64,000 bases of DNA, taken from positions 44,678 to 108,677 of the forward strand of contig JAYVIR010000026.1 of NCBI GenBank assembly GCA_043770095.1. The letters run 5' to 3'. Source of the DNA: Eubacteriales bacterium (lineage in GTDB: Bacteria; Bacillota; Clostridia; Peptostreptococcales; Acidaminobacteraceae). Shown here piece by piece: positions 27,211 to 37,355 of this stretch (its first letter is position 1; each line of letters opens with the position of its first letter). The notes below the pieces were generated by a model that saw nothing but the letters and a program-made list of their open reading frames with translations, was not told where the DNA came from and searched no databases. The position numbers were made by a program, and so were the translations under genes.

Positions 27211-28194
27211 TCAACAGGTAAATAAGTCGTGAAAAAATGGATCGGTTCGGATATCAATGTCATATTTTTCTTTTGTGACAGAAATGTAAATATCCATCAA
27301 TTTTTCAACGCCAAGTAATTGCATGATTAGAATGCATTTTCGTAAGGAATGCAGATAACAAGGTTTATTGAGGCGCAGTTCAGCGGTAAATTTTCTGTAG
27401 TAAAGTGCGTGTAATTCATTAAAAATATGTTTGCTTTTTCCAATATTAATGCCTAATTCAGCGTAAGTTAATGATTCTTCATATAAGTCTAATCGGTGAT
27501 AGTGATAGGAAATGTTGAAATAGATATTCATGAGATATTTTGAGGTTAAAGTATCATTTGGAAATAAAAATGCTAACCAATCTATGGTAAATAGTAAAAT
27601 TTGATTACTGAGTTCAAATCGTTCTAAAGCAGCCCATATAAGTGCATAAGATATTAATATTCTGAGTTCAAAGGCATTATAAGTGTGTTTATCATAGCTG
27701 CTTATTGAAAAATCTGGAATCGTTAATTGGAGAGCATCTTTAAGTTTATCAACTGAGTTTTCAATTGTAATAGGCAAATTTAACAAATGAAGAAGAGTGG
27801 TATCAATATAGCACTTCAATTGCAGTAATTCATTGCGGTTTATTAAATTTTGAGAAATTAATTTTGAAATATCATCCGTCAATAAATAATCACGAATTTC
27901 TTTTATGCCATCAGTATCATAACTGTGCAAACACTCATCAAAACTAGAATATAAAGAGAGTATTGTTGTCTCCGTTCGATATTCTGTAAACTTTTTTACT
28001 AAATCTACCTTGTATACTTGTGAGAGTATAGCCAAAGTCTCATATTTTGGAATAACTTGCCCTATTTCAATTCTTCGAATGGTGTCCGCATTAATGCCTG
28101 TTGAATCACTAATTGAGGCTTGTGTAAGGTTTAATTTGATTCGCAAAGTTTTTAAATATTGCCCAAAAGCGGTGCTATTTATACTGTCAAACAT
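27211..28194 (-). CDS. XRE-family HTH regulator with long helical TPR-like C-terminal domain (Rgg/RNPP-like quorum-sensing regulator architecture)
   Basis: N-terminal HTH (LKTLRIKLNLTQASISDSTGINADTIRRIE). About 260 aa of predicted helical repeats follow. 327 aa. Confidence 0.55.
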   Translation of the reverse strand: MFDSINSTAFGQYLKTLRIKLNLTQASISDSTGINADTIRRIEIGQVIPKYETLAILSQVYKVDLVKKFTEYRTETTILSLYSSFDECLHSYDTDGIKEIRDYLLTDDISKLISQNLINRNELLQLKCYIDTTLLHLLNLPITIENSVDKLKDALQLTIPDFSISSYDKHTYNAFELRILISYALIWAALERFELSNQILLFTIDWLAFLFPNDTLTSKYLMNIYFNISYHYHRLDLYEESLTYAELGINIGKSKHIFNELHALYYRKFTAELRLNKPCYLHSLRKCILIMQLLGVEKLMDIYISVTKEKYDIDIRTDPFFHDLFTC

Positions 28195-28286
28195 AGTGCC
28201 TCCATGAAGCCCGAATTGATGCGGGATTATTTGATGATGAATTATGTTACAATTTTACCATAACTACCAGAGGAGGTAAAATAAGA

Positions 28287-29537
28287 ATGATAATGATCTT
28301 AAATGCTAAAAGAGTAAAGACGGCCATCGTTTTGACTGTTGCATCGTGTATGATGCTAACGGGGTGCTCATTTGACAAGGCAAACTCAAAAATAAATGAA
28401 GATGCAATGAAGAATGCCTATGCTTATGAAGTCCCAATAACACCCGATCAAATACCAAACAGTATGGTTGAGCTTTTAGGGCAATATAAGGTTGTCGTTT
28501 CGGGAGAAATACATTATGCAAAACAACACCAAAAAATGACAAGTCTACTATTAGAGAGATTGCACGAGAAGGGCTTTCGTTACTATGTTCAAGAAGCAGG
28601 CACAAGTGAAGGCTATATGATAGATAAGTATATTAAAGGCAAGATTAAAACACTTGAAGATGAATACTTGAAAAATGATGAAATAATGATTGAGTCGTTA
28701 CAACAGTTTAATGAAAAGCTGAGAGCTAGTAATAGAGTGGATCAGCAAATTACATACGTTGGCTTTGATATGAATCATAGGGGGACAATATATTTACAAG
28801 TGATGAAACAGTTGGGTGAGTACTATGAAATAGATGCAATGAAGGTCTATGCAAAATCACTTCAAAATGAAGGGGCAAAAGGTTCTAAATATAGTGACTT
28901 GATTAAGACGTACATTAAAGTGCTAGAGGCATCTGAAGAAGAAGGTAATCCTTATAAAAAACTGTCAGGTGCTCAAAGAGCACAGCTTATTGAGCTAAGT
29001 ACGACAGAATTGACTTCTAGTGCCATCAGATTAAACTGGAGTGACATTGAACGTGAAGACTTTATTTATACGCAAGTTCATAAAGTAATTGCCGGATTAA
29101 AAAACGATGAAAAAATGCTTGTTAATTGTGGAATGTGGCATGCGCAGTACGTTAATAAATGGAAGGTTTCTAAGGATAAAAAATTTGCATGGTTGGGAAT
29201 GCGACTAAAAAAAGATTTTGAAAATGACCCATTTGGTGTGTATAGTTATTCAACGGCTACATACAAAGCAAATTTAAAGAAAAATTTGTATACGAAAGAA
29301 AGGTTTGACTACACTATTAATATGAATAGAAACGGCAATTTTGTAAAGCAATTACATGATGCGTTTGGCAAGAAAAATATTTTTGTAGATTTTACACCTC
29401 TAAATGGACGTAAAGAGAAAATTTTAATTGACTATGTTGGCGAAGCATCTAAAATAAAGCCAAATGTCCAGTTCAATGGTCTACTGGTGTATCCTGAGTT
29501 AAGCGTTGCAGAAGGCAGTCTGTTTTACGAAAATTAA
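28287..29537 (+). CDS. Lipoprotein of unknown function, possibly ChaN/Tiki/erythromycin-esterase-like fold
   Basis: Lipobox LTGCSF. A GEIHY motif follows a beta-strand (VVVSGEIHYAKQH), reminiscent of the GExH of the TraB/ChaN superfamily. No other recognisable motif. Confidence 0.35.
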   Translation: MIMILNAKRVKTAIVLTVASCMMLTGCSFDKANSKINEDAMKNAYAYEVPITPDQIPNSMVELLGQYKVVVSGEIHYAKQHQKMTSLLLERLHEKGFRYYVQEAGTSEGYMIDKYIKGKIKTLEDEYLKNDEIMIESLQQFNEKLRASNRVDQQITYVGFDMNHRGTIYLQVMKQLGEYYEIDAMKVYAKSLQNEGAKGSKYSDLIKTYIKVLEASEEEGNPYKKLSGAQRAQLIELSTTELTSSAIRLNWSDIEREDFIYTQVHKVIAGLKNDEKMLVNCGMWHAQYVNKWKVSKDKKFAWLGMRLKKDFENDPFGVYSYSTATYKANLKKNLYTKERFDYTINMNRNGNFVKQLHDAFGKKNIFVDFTPLNGRKEKILIDYVGEASKIKPNVQFNGLLVYPELSVAEGSLFYEN

Positions 29538-29617
29538 TCACAATAAAACTTTGTATAAGTTAGCAAAAGCATTGAACGGATATAATTCAATTGCTTTTGC
29601 TTATTTTTTGTATCCAC

Positions 29618-29650
29618 TTGACTCTCCCGCTAACTGGAGGGTATATACTC
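29618..29650 (+). promoter_or_regulatory. MerR-type promoter with over-long (18-20 bp) -35/-10 spacer containing a short inverted repeat
   Basis: TTGACT (29618-29623), then 18-20 bp, then TATATACT. The spacer holds CTCC...GGAG. It lies immediately upstream of the MerR gene RBS aaggaggtg. Confidence 0.4.
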
Positions 29651-29676
29651 AAAGTAAGTCAAGGAGGTGGTACCCC

Positions 29677-30474
29677 ATGTATAGAATTGGCGAGTTTTCA
29701 AAATTGGTGAGCCTTTCGGTCAAAACGCTTAGGTACTATCAGGAAATAGGGCTATTAGAGCCAGTTTCAATCGATGAAGAGACTGGTTATAGATACTATG
29801 ACACCCATAGTTACGAGCGCGCAAAGAAAATTAATCAGCTAAAGGCGTTTCATTTCAGCTTGATGGAAATTAAAGAAATGATTGATCAGATTCAAGAACC
29901 AGAGGATTTGCAAGCGTATTTAAAAGAAAAGCACCATCAAATGGAAACGCAAATTGTCAATTTGAAAAAAGAGCAGGAAAAATTGCTCCAAGCCATGGTT
30001 CAAAAGGAGGGAAAAAGCATGTCAAAAAATTATGAAATTAAGGAAAAAACAGTAGAAAATCTTCTGGTTGCCTCTATAAGGTATAAAGGTAGATATGACG
30101 AAATGGGGCACTATATCGCTGAGCTGTTCAAAGTAGTCAAAGGTGCAGCATCAGGGCCCGTCATGGCACTTTATCACGATGACAGTTACCAAGAAGAGGA
30201 TGCGGATATTGAAGTTTGTGTCCCTGTTAAAAAAATGGTCGCGGGCAAAGATGTGACGACTATTACTCTTGAAGGTGGCAAGTATTTGAGCACCATTCAC
30301 ATTGGCGCCTACGAAGACTTATCGGATGCCTATAAGGCGATGACCGACTATGTTAACGAAAAAGGCATTATCTCATGCGTGCCAAGTCGTGAGATTTACT
30401 TAAAAGGACCGGGCATGCTTCTTAAAGGGAATCCTCAGAAATATGAGACTGAAATTATGATGAAGGTGTTATAA
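29677..30474 (+). CDS. MerR-family transcriptional regulator with GyrI-like effector-binding domain (BmrR-like)
   Basis: MYRIGEFSKLVSLSVKTLRYYQEIGLL HTH, a coiled-coil linker, and a C-terminal GyrI-like domain. The ORF-track N-terminal extension from 29506 overlaps the upstream gene and lacks an RBS. Confidence 0.8.
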   Translation: MYRIGEFSKLVSLSVKTLRYYQEIGLLEPVSIDEETGYRYYDTHSYERAKKINQLKAFHFSLMEIKEMIDQIQEPEDLQAYLKEKHHQMETQIVNLKKEQEKLLQAMVQKEGKSMSKNYEIKEKTVENLLVASIRYKGRYDEMGHYIAELFKVVKGAASGPVMALYHDDSYQEEDADIEVCVPVKKMVAGKDVTTITLEGGKYLSTIHIGAYEDLSDAYKAMTDYVNEKGIISCVPSREIYLKGPGMLLKGNPQKYETEIMMKVL

Positions 30475-30765
30475 TAGGCTTGCTTTTTGGCAGAATATTG
30501 TCTATAATTATAATAGTAAACTTCGATATTTACTTATCGCAAGCGTAGGCGCCCTAATATTATGGTTTTTCCTTTGTACATATTCCGCCAAAGTAGTGCA
30601 CAGTTGAGTTGATTATGGGCGTCATCTTTAATTTTTGAAAAAAAATGAATCATGCATCAAAAGCCCTTGAAATTTAATGCGTTCAGGGTTTTTTTTCTGG
30701 GTAAAAGTATGTCATATGTATCATTAATAAAAATTCCCAATAACACCAATAGTGAGGGCAAAAAA

Positions 30766-31467
30766 ATGAGTATTATTTCAGCCAATCAAATCAGCAAAAG
30801 CTATTTAATGGGCGAAGTGACCGTAGACGCGCTGAGTTCAGTGAGTTTTGGCATTGAGCCAGGAGAATTTGTGGTTATTTTAGGACCCAGCGGCTCAGGC
30901 AAGAGCACGCTTCTCAATATCATCGGTGGCATGGATCAGGCATCTGTAGGAGACGTGATTTACAGAGATCGCAATTTGAGCGCATTTACAGAAAAGGAAA
31001 TGACGCTTTACAGAAGAAATTCAGTCGGATTCGTGTTTCAATTTTATAACTTAATGGGCAATTTGACCGCGCGCGAAAATATTGAACTTGCGACGGAGAT
31101 TATAGACGAACATTTATCCGTAGACGATGTTCTTAGAGATGTAGGACTGACAGATCGTGCCAATCATTTTCCAGCACAGCTTAGCGGCGGAGAACAGCAA
31201 CGGGTTGCTATTGCAAGAGCGGTATGCAAGAACCCAGATCTGCTTCTATGCGATGAACCCACTGGCGCCCTAGATTTTAAGACAGGCGTACAGATTTTAA
31301 AACTGCTGACTGAGATCAATCAAAAGTATCATAAAACCGTTATTGTCATCACCCATAATGCTTCAATTGCAGGCATTGCCAATAGGGTCATCAAAATGCG
31401 AAGCGGCGAAATCATTGAAAATTACATCAACCTTGAACCAGAGGATCCCGAAAAGGTGGGCTGGTAA
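30766..31467 (+). CDS. ABC transporter ATP-binding protein (MacB/LolD-type)
   Basis: Walker A GPSGSGKST, signature LSGGEQQRVAIARA, Walker B LLLCDEPTGALD. ATG 30766 follows RBS gagggc. Confidence 0.85.
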   Translation: MSIISANQISKSYLMGEVTVDALSSVSFGIEPGEFVVILGPSGSGKSTLLNIIGGMDQASVGDVIYRDRNLSAFTEKEMTLYRRNSVGFVFQFYNLMGNLTARENIELATEIIDEHLSVDDVLRDVGLTDRANHFPAQLSGGEQQRVAIARAVCKNPDLLLCDEPTGALDFKTGVQILKLLTEINQKYHKTVIVITHNASIAGIANRVIKMRSGEIIENYINLEPEDPEKVGW

Positions 31468-33818
31468 TGTCAAAACTCAATAAACGGGTGCTTCGGATGC
31501 TCGTTCAATCAAAAGGTCAAAATATTGCCGTAGCACTGGTTATTGGCATCGGGTTAATGTTCTATATTGCCATGAGTTCAGCGATTGTCAATTTAGACAC
31601 AACCGTAAACGCCTATTATAATATGACGAATGCTGCAGACCTATATGTGGACATTCCCAAGATAAACAGCAGTGAAATCAAGAATTTGGAAGGCCTTGCA
31701 GGGGTAGAATACGCCGAGGGGCGCATCGTCAAGGACGTTCGGTTTATAGGCGATGAAAACGAAAAAGTGACGCTTAGAATGATTTCTGTTCCTAGCACAA
31801 AAAAGGCAATCAATGCGCTCTATCATCACGATGTGAGCAGCAATCTCAGCGGAAATAATGAAGCCTTTCTCTTTAAAAGCTTTTCAAAGGCAAGAAACAT
31901 TGGAAAGGGTGAAAGTCTTAAAATACAAACGCAGGGGCAAAATTACCAGTTCGACATAAAAGGCATCGTTTCCAGTTCGGAATTTATATATCTCATGGAA
32001 AGCGATCAGTCTCTGCTCCCAGATTTTAAGAACTTCGGCGTACTCTATGTGACGGAAGAATTTGCGCTGAAGTCGCTGAATACGGCGGGCACTTACAATC
32101 AGGTATTGGTGAAAATAAAACCCAATTACAGCGGCGAAGCGGTCAAGAAAGCCATTGAAAAGCGATTGGAGTCCAAGGGGGTTCAGCGTGTTTTTCTCAG
32201 AAAAGATCAGCTGAGCAGCCGCATGGTACAAGAAGAAATCAATGGCAATAAAAAAACCACGACCGTCGTGCCCATTTTCTTTCTAGGCATTGCGGCGGCC
32301 ATCATGTACGTCATGGTGTCCAGAATGGTGAAAAATGATAAAATGACCATCGGGATTCTTAAGGCGATGGGCTTTGATAATAAGAAAATTATTGGGCACT
32401 ACTGCCTGTATGCGGTTGGCATTGGCATTTTTGGTGCCATCATTGGGGTTGTGTGCGGCAGTCTGGTCTCTGTTTATGTGACTATCCTGTATTCGACTGA
32501 AACCTTTAATATTCCCATTTTAAAAACTATTTTTAACCCTTGGACGTTTGTGAGCGCTTTACTTTTATCAGTTGGCTTTTCAGTGGTGGCAGGCGGAATC
32601 GGCGCCTATGGGGTGGTTCAAATTGACCCCGCTGTGGCCATGCGTCCTGAAGAACCCAAATCGGGCAAGCGTATTTGGCTAGAACAGACGTTTTTGTGGA
32701 AGCACATTAGTTTTACCGAAAAAATGGTCATTCGAAATGTGCTGAGAAATAAGCTTAGAATGCTCATACTTTCCGTTGGGATCGCCATGACCTATGTGGT
32801 CATTATCATGCCGGTTTTCTTTGTGGATGCCTTTGTCAATATGTTTGAGTTTCAATATGGTCAGATGCAAAAAATGGACTATAACGTGGTCTTCACAAAA
32901 TTTGTAGATGAAAACATTGTTAAAAATCTAAAGGAGTATCCATCTGTTAAAAGCACAGAAGGTAAGATTGAATTTCCCTTTGAGGCCGCAAATGGTCATT
33001 ATGTGAAAACCATTAACGTGATTGGGCTAAAAAAAGACACTCAAATGATTGCCTTTTACGACGCGCAGACAAAACAGCCTTTAAAGGGCGGCGTTGATGG
33101 GCTAATCATTAACGATGGGCTCGCAAAAATCCTCCACGTCAAGGTGGGAGACGAATTGACGCTGAGGCCTTTTATTCCTGACAAAGACAGCCACCATTAC
33201 AAAGTGGGCAAAATCGTGATTCAAAATTTAGGCGCCAACATTTATATGCCCCTTGAAATATTGCAAAGAGACTATTTTGATCCATTGTCTATCAATGGTG
33301 TGTATGTAAAAGGCGGCAATGACCTCAAACAGGTGTTAAACAAGGGTAAGAACATTGCGACTCTCTTATCCGTGAGTGACATGAAAAATGCCTATAAAGA
33401 ATTTATGGACTTGACCAATACGTCCATTGGCATGATGATGTTTTTTGGCGTCATTTTGGGCGTGGCAATTGTCTACAACACCGTGGTGCTGATGATGAAC
33501 GAACGCTCCATTGAAATCGCTTCCATGCGCGTGCTTGGTGTCACCCACAATGAAATTTTCTCTATTTTCGTCAGGGAGATTTTCATAATGAGCGTCCTTG
33601 GCATTATCATGGGGATCCCACTCGGAAAGTACTCCCTTCAGGCGATGTCAGGTCTTTTTACGACAGAACTCTATTCGTTTGAAGCCAATGTGCTGTTGTC
33701 ACATTATATAACGGCGATTGTTGTGACGATCTTTACCATATTATTGTCACTGTTTTTGTCTTATGAAAAAATTCTTAAATCAAACTTTATAGAGGCTTTA
33801 AAGAGCCGTGTGACATAG
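31467..33818 (+). CDS. ABC transporter permease, FtsX family (duplicated FtsX domains, MacB-like)
   Basis: 783 aa. Two FtsX-type 4-TM modules, each preceded by a large extracytoplasmic domain. Overlaps the ATPase stop. Confidence 0.85.
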   Translation: MSKLNKRVLRMLVQSKGQNIAVALVIGIGLMFYIAMSSAIVNLDTTVNAYYNMTNAADLYVDIPKINSSEIKNLEGLAGVEYAEGRIVKDVRFIGDENEKVTLRMISVPSTKKAINALYHHDVSSNLSGNNEAFLFKSFSKARNIGKGESLKIQTQGQNYQFDIKGIVSSSEFIYLMESDQSLLPDFKNFGVLYVTEEFALKSLNTAGTYNQVLVKIKPNYSGEAVKKAIEKRLESKGVQRVFLRKDQLSSRMVQEEINGNKKTTTVVPIFFLGIAAAIMYVMVSRMVKNDKMTIGILKAMGFDNKKIIGHYCLYAVGIGIFGAIIGVVCGSLVSVYVTILYSTETFNIPILKTIFNPWTFVSALLLSVGFSVVAGGIGAYGVVQIDPAVAMRPEEPKSGKRIWLEQTFLWKHISFTEKMVIRNVLRNKLRMLILSVGIAMTYVVIIMPVFFVDAFVNMFEFQYGQMQKMDYNVVFTKFVDENIVKNLKEYPSVKSTEGKIEFPFEAANGHYVKTINVIGLKKDTQMIAFYDAQTKQPLKGGVDGLIINDGLAKILHVKVGDELTLRPFIPDKDSHHYKVGKIVIQNLGANIYMPLEILQRDYFDPLSINGVYVKGGNDLKQVLNKGKNIATLLSVSDMKNAYKEFMDLTNTSIGMMMFFGVILGVAIVYNTVVLMMNERSIEIASMRVLGVTHNEIFSIFVREIFIMSVLGIIMGIPLGKYSLQAMSGLFTTELYSFEANVLLSHYITAIVVTIFTILLSLFLSYEKILKSNFIEALKSRVT

Positions 33819-33830
33819 GAGGGGTTTCTC

Positions 33831-35075
33831 ATGAAAAAAAACTTGAAAAAAAAATTGAAGAAAAGGAATATGGCAATCGCTGGAGTCATCATATTGCTTG
33901 TTGCAGGCGGTTCATATGTAAAATTTGCAAACAGCTCAGTGGCAGTTGAATCGGTTAAAATTGAAAATGGGCCTATCGAGGAAATTGTGAATTCAACAGG
34001 GACGGTGGTTTCCGACAATACGGCAGGCGTTTACAATCGTCAAGGCGGGTTTTTGACACAGCTTAATGTCAATATAGGAGACTCGGTTAAGGTAGGGCAA
34101 TTGGTGGCGGAGATTACCTCTGAGGATTTGTACTATACGAAAACGTCTGCAAACAGCAGACTTGCGGTAGCGCAGGCGGAGTATAAAAAGGCGCTTGAAA
34201 AAAGCGATCCCAATCAAATTAAAATTGCTGAGACGGCAGTGGTAGCGGCATCTTTAACACTAGGCGATGCAAAAAAAACCTATGAGGAAACAAAGGTTTT
34301 GTTGGGACAGGGCGCAGTGAGCAGTGAAACTCTGAGTCAAGCCAAATTGAGACTAGACAGTGCCGAAAATTCTAAAAAATCTGCTGAAAGCGCTTTGCAA
34401 CTCCTTAAAAAAGGCGTTTCTCAGAATATCATCAACGGACTCAAAGCAAATATTAAAAGCGCGCAAAATGAAGTGGATCGCATGAGTGCTGTGGATAAGG
34501 GACTAAAAGTCTATGCGCCAATTTCAGGTGTCGTGACGGAAAAAATCTCAGAAAAAGGTGCTTATTTAGCACCAGGAAGTAAACTGTTTACCATTTCTGA
34601 CATGCAAAAGTTAAAAATATATTCAGATGTCATTGACCAAGACCTTCAAAAAATCGTCCTTGGATTAAAGGTGCGTTTGGAAATGAACAGCGAGGATGCG
34701 GCAATAGGCAAAGTGGCTAAAATTCACCCTAGCGTCTTTGAGAAAACGTCAGATCTTGGCATTGTTCAAAAGCGTGTGAGGGTCGAGATTCAACTGTCAA
34801 ATGTCATAAAACCACTGCTTTTAGGACAGGATTTGGATGTGAAATACATTGTTAAGGAAAAAGACGATGTGATTTTGGTGGATAAAGATTTTGTTTATGA
34901 AGACGGAGATTTATATTACGTACTGGTAAATGAAAGTGGTCAGTTGGCTAAAAAAACAGTGAGCATCGGCATTAAAGGTGAAGACTTCGATGAGGTCTTA
35001 ACTGGACTTGCTGCAAACGAGCTTATTGTAGGAGAGGTGGATCAGAGTTTGAAAATTGGCGATCGTATTAAATGA
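33831..35075 (+). CDS. Efflux transporter periplasmic adaptor subunit (HlyD/MacA family)
   Basis: N-terminal TM, coiled-coil hairpin, lipoyl and beta-barrel regions. 414 aa. Confidence 0.8.
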   Translation: MKKNLKKKLKKRNMAIAGVIILLVAGGSYVKFANSSVAVESVKIENGPIEEIVNSTGTVVSDNTAGVYNRQGGFLTQLNVNIGDSVKVGQLVAEITSEDLYYTKTSANSRLAVAQAEYKKALEKSDPNQIKIAETAVVAASLTLGDAKKTYEETKVLLGQGAVSSETLSQAKLRLDSAENSKKSAESALQLLKKGVSQNIINGLKANIKSAQNEVDRMSAVDKGLKVYAPISGVVTEKISEKGAYLAPGSKLFTISDMQKLKIYSDVIDQDLQKIVLGLKVRLEMNSEDAAIGKVAKIHPSVFEKTSDLGIVQKRVRVEIQLSNVIKPLLLGQDLDVKYIVKEKDDVILVDKDFVYEDGDLYYVLVNESGQLAKKTVSIGIKGEDFDEVLTGLAANELIVGEVDQSLKIGDRIK

Positions 35076-35117
35076 CTTTATAAATAGAAATAGGTGATAA
35101 ACGCCAAGAATAGATTG

Positions 35118-35165
35118 TAAAAAAAGCAGCCTCTCATGATGTCATGTTGAGGCTGCCTTATTATA
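35118..35165. terminator. Bidirectional terminator between the efflux operon and the convergent SLH gene
   Basis: aaagcagcctc ... gaggctgcctt, flanked by A- and T-runs. Confidence 0.8.
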
Positions 35166-35203
35166 TTTGCCAGTTTTGTTTTAAGAGATCGGGAGGATCA
35201 TTC

Positions 35204-37150
35204 TTATTGATTGACTGGCGGAGCATATTTTATTATTTTTGTAACTTCAGTCGTAATGCCAGAGCGATTGGTCGCTTGGATCAAAATGACATTATCGCCT
35301 GGAAGGAGCGTCAATGTTTTTGTAAAGTTGCCAGATGGTGTAATGGCAACAACTTCACCTTTGATTTTGAGAACGACAGCAGATGTATCTTCGCCACCAT
35401 AGAGGTTTCCGCTAATGGTCACTGCTGCGCCGGATGTGTTTGTTTGGATATCAGAGAATGTGATTGGAGGGGCACTTGGTGTGTAAGTGACTGTGAAATC
35501 AGTTTTTGTCACTTTACCATCAGGATTACTCACTTCAACCGTTATAATGTTTTTATCAGCAATAAGCGTCACTGGGTAGCTAACGGTACCGTCGGAATTA
35601 ACAAGTGCACTCTTTCCGTTGACCTTAACCGCTAAATATTGTGATTTGTAGAGAGCATCTGTCACTTTCAATTCTACCGAGTATGCTGCTTTTGTGCTTG
35701 TTACAGGGCTAGTAAAAGTAATTGCAGGTGCTACCGTTTGGTAAACAACTGTTTTAGTCACTGAGCTCATTTTGTTCTGGCTATTTACAACTTTAAAGGT
35801 AATCACGTTATCGCCTTTGATCAATTTATAAGGGATTGTGACTGCTTTGCCATTGGTCATTTTGTATTTTAGCTCATTCACGTAAAGGTAAAGCGTTGAA
35901 TCGACAGGATCAGTTACTTTCAAATCGATGTCAATAATTGCTTTGTTAGAAGTAGCAGGGATATTGATGATAGAAATGGTTGGCGTGCCTACTTCATAAA
36001 GAACGCGAATCAATTTTGTAGTGACGAGGCCAACTTGATTCTTAACTTCAATAAGAATATCGTTAGAACCTTCTTTTAATTGCAAAGTAGTAGAGTAATA
36101 ATCATTGAAGTAGCCTTTTGTAACAGCTGTCCCATTCACATTTACAATTGAAAGGGCACTGCCATTAGGATCTTTTGCATTAAATTTTACAAGCAATTTT
36201 GATTGATTGACTTTTTCAGGAATAGAATCGATCAGCGTAATCACTGGTGCGCCTGCTGTAAAGATAACTTGTCTTGTAATGGTTTCAATTTTAGAGTTTG
36301 GATACTGAAGGCTAATTTTGAAGGTATAAGTACCTGGACCGTCAGAAATTTTCCAATTGCCAGTATAGTTTGTGCCAGTGTATTCTATTGTTTTTTCATT
36401 GATCACGAGTTTTGTATTTGCAGGAAGTTTGATGTTAATTGGAACAATATTGCTAGAAACTTGTTCCGGCATTTTAACTTCTGCGCTATAATTAACATTT
36501 GCTTTGCTGAAGGTAGATTTGATTACCTTATAAACCATTGCAGATGCTTGTGCTCTAGTAATAGAAGCAGAAGGTTGCAAAGTGCCATTTGGGAAACCAG
36601 AAATTAAGTGGTTATTGACTGCTAAAGCCACTTCGTCTCTTAAATTAGGAGAGATATCGGCAATATCACTGAATTCGAGATCGTCAAAAGAAGTGGAACT
36701 TCCAATAGCATCTAAATTTAATGCCCTAACAAGTGCGACAGCAACATCTTCACGAGAGGCTTGGCCTTCAGGGTCAAAAGTTGGTTTTCCGTTAGGTGGA
36801 AAATAGCCTGTTAAGTAAGGTTTTGCTGCTTCTATGTAGCCATATGACCAACGGGAAGCGTCTACGTCTTTAAAACTTGGCGTTGAAGGTTTTGCTTCGT
36901 CTAATCCAAAAGTCTTAAATAAAACAACGGCAAATTCTTCTCTTGTGATCCCTTTCTCAGGAGCAAAATTACCATTGGTGTAGCCCGATAGGATTCCACT
37001 GTTTACAAGGACCTGAATGTACTCATTTGCCCAGTAGGTAGATTGAACATCTTTAAACTTTTTGTTTTCCGTAGCAAATGCCATGCTTGGAAGGCTGCTG
37101 ACAAAGAGTACGATGATCAGCAACAGGGTGGATAATTTTCTCGATTTCAT
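35204..37150 (-). CDS. S-layer homology (SLH) domain cell-surface protein with tandem Ig-like domains
   Basis: Signal peptide. Three SLH repeats (FKDVQSTYWANEYIQVL..., FKDVDASRWSYGYIEAA..., FDDLEFSDIADISPNLRDEVALAVN). Repeated about 90-aa beta-rich modules follow. Confidence 0.7.
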   Translation of the reverse strand: MKSRKLSTLLLIIVLFVSSLPSMAFATENKKFKDVQSTYWANEYIQVLVNSGILSGYTNGNFAPEKGITREEFAVVLFKTFGLDEAKPSTPSFKDVDASRWSYGYIEAAKPYLTGYFPPNGKPTFDPEGQASREDVAVALVRALNLDAIGSSTSFDDLEFSDIADISPNLRDEVALAVNNHLISGFPNGTLQPSASITRAQASAMVYKVIKSTFSKANVNYSAEVKMPEQVSSNIVPINIKLPANTKLVINEKTIEYTGTNYTGNWKISDGPGTYTFKISLQYPNSKIETITRQVIFTAGAPVITLIDSIPEKVNQSKLLVKFNAKDPNGSALSIVNVNGTAVTKGYFNDYYSTTLQLKEGSNDILIEVKNQVGLVTTKLIRVLYEVGTPTISIINIPATSNKAIIDIDLKVTDPVDSTLYLYVNELKYKMTNGKAVTIPYKLIKGDNVITFKVVNSQNKMSSVTKTVVYQTVAPAITFTSPVTSTKAAYSVELKVTDALYKSQYLAVKVNGKSALVNSDGTVSYPVTLIADKNIITVEVSNPDGKVTKTDFTVTYTPSAPPITFSDIQTNTSGAAVTISGNLYGGEDTSAVVLKIKGEVVAITPSGNFTKTLTLLPGDNVILIQATNRSGITTEVTKIIKYAPPVNQ

Positions 37151-37313
37151 AAGAACCTCCTCTTTAATAAACTAAATAATCTATAATACCATTATAGCGG
37201 TTCTAGTATTTCATGCCGTTTCATTCTTATGTTTTTTTCGTGACAGATAAGTCATTTGCATTACAATTCGAAAAAACGTGGAACTTTTATTAAAAGGTAA
37301 TATTACAGCTTTT

Positions 37314-37355
37314 ATCCATTAAATTTTATACTCTGATGTATCAAATTTAATGGAT
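37314..37355. promoter_or_regulatory. Perfect 13-bp inverted repeat (atccattaaattt / aaatttaatggat) bracketing a TATACT element in the divergent promoter region
   Basis: Direct reading. The arms are exact reverse complements separated by a 16-nt spacer, tatactctgatgtatc. Confidence 0.5.

Noticed and set aside
28203-28262. 19-codon ORF (MKPELMRDYLMMNYVTILP) divergent from the Rgg-like regulator, a possible SHP-type signalling peptide.
   Set aside because: No Shine-Dalgarno sequence. The upstream bases are the complement of the regulator's own RBS. Only the C-terminus is hydrophobic. It is kept only as a note under the orphan-regulator finding.
29506-29676. ORF-track N-terminal extension of the MerR regulator.
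   Set aside because: It overlaps the 3' end of the upstream lipoprotein gene. The conserved MerR HTH begins at ATG 29677, which has a strong RBS and a MerR-type promoter just upstream.
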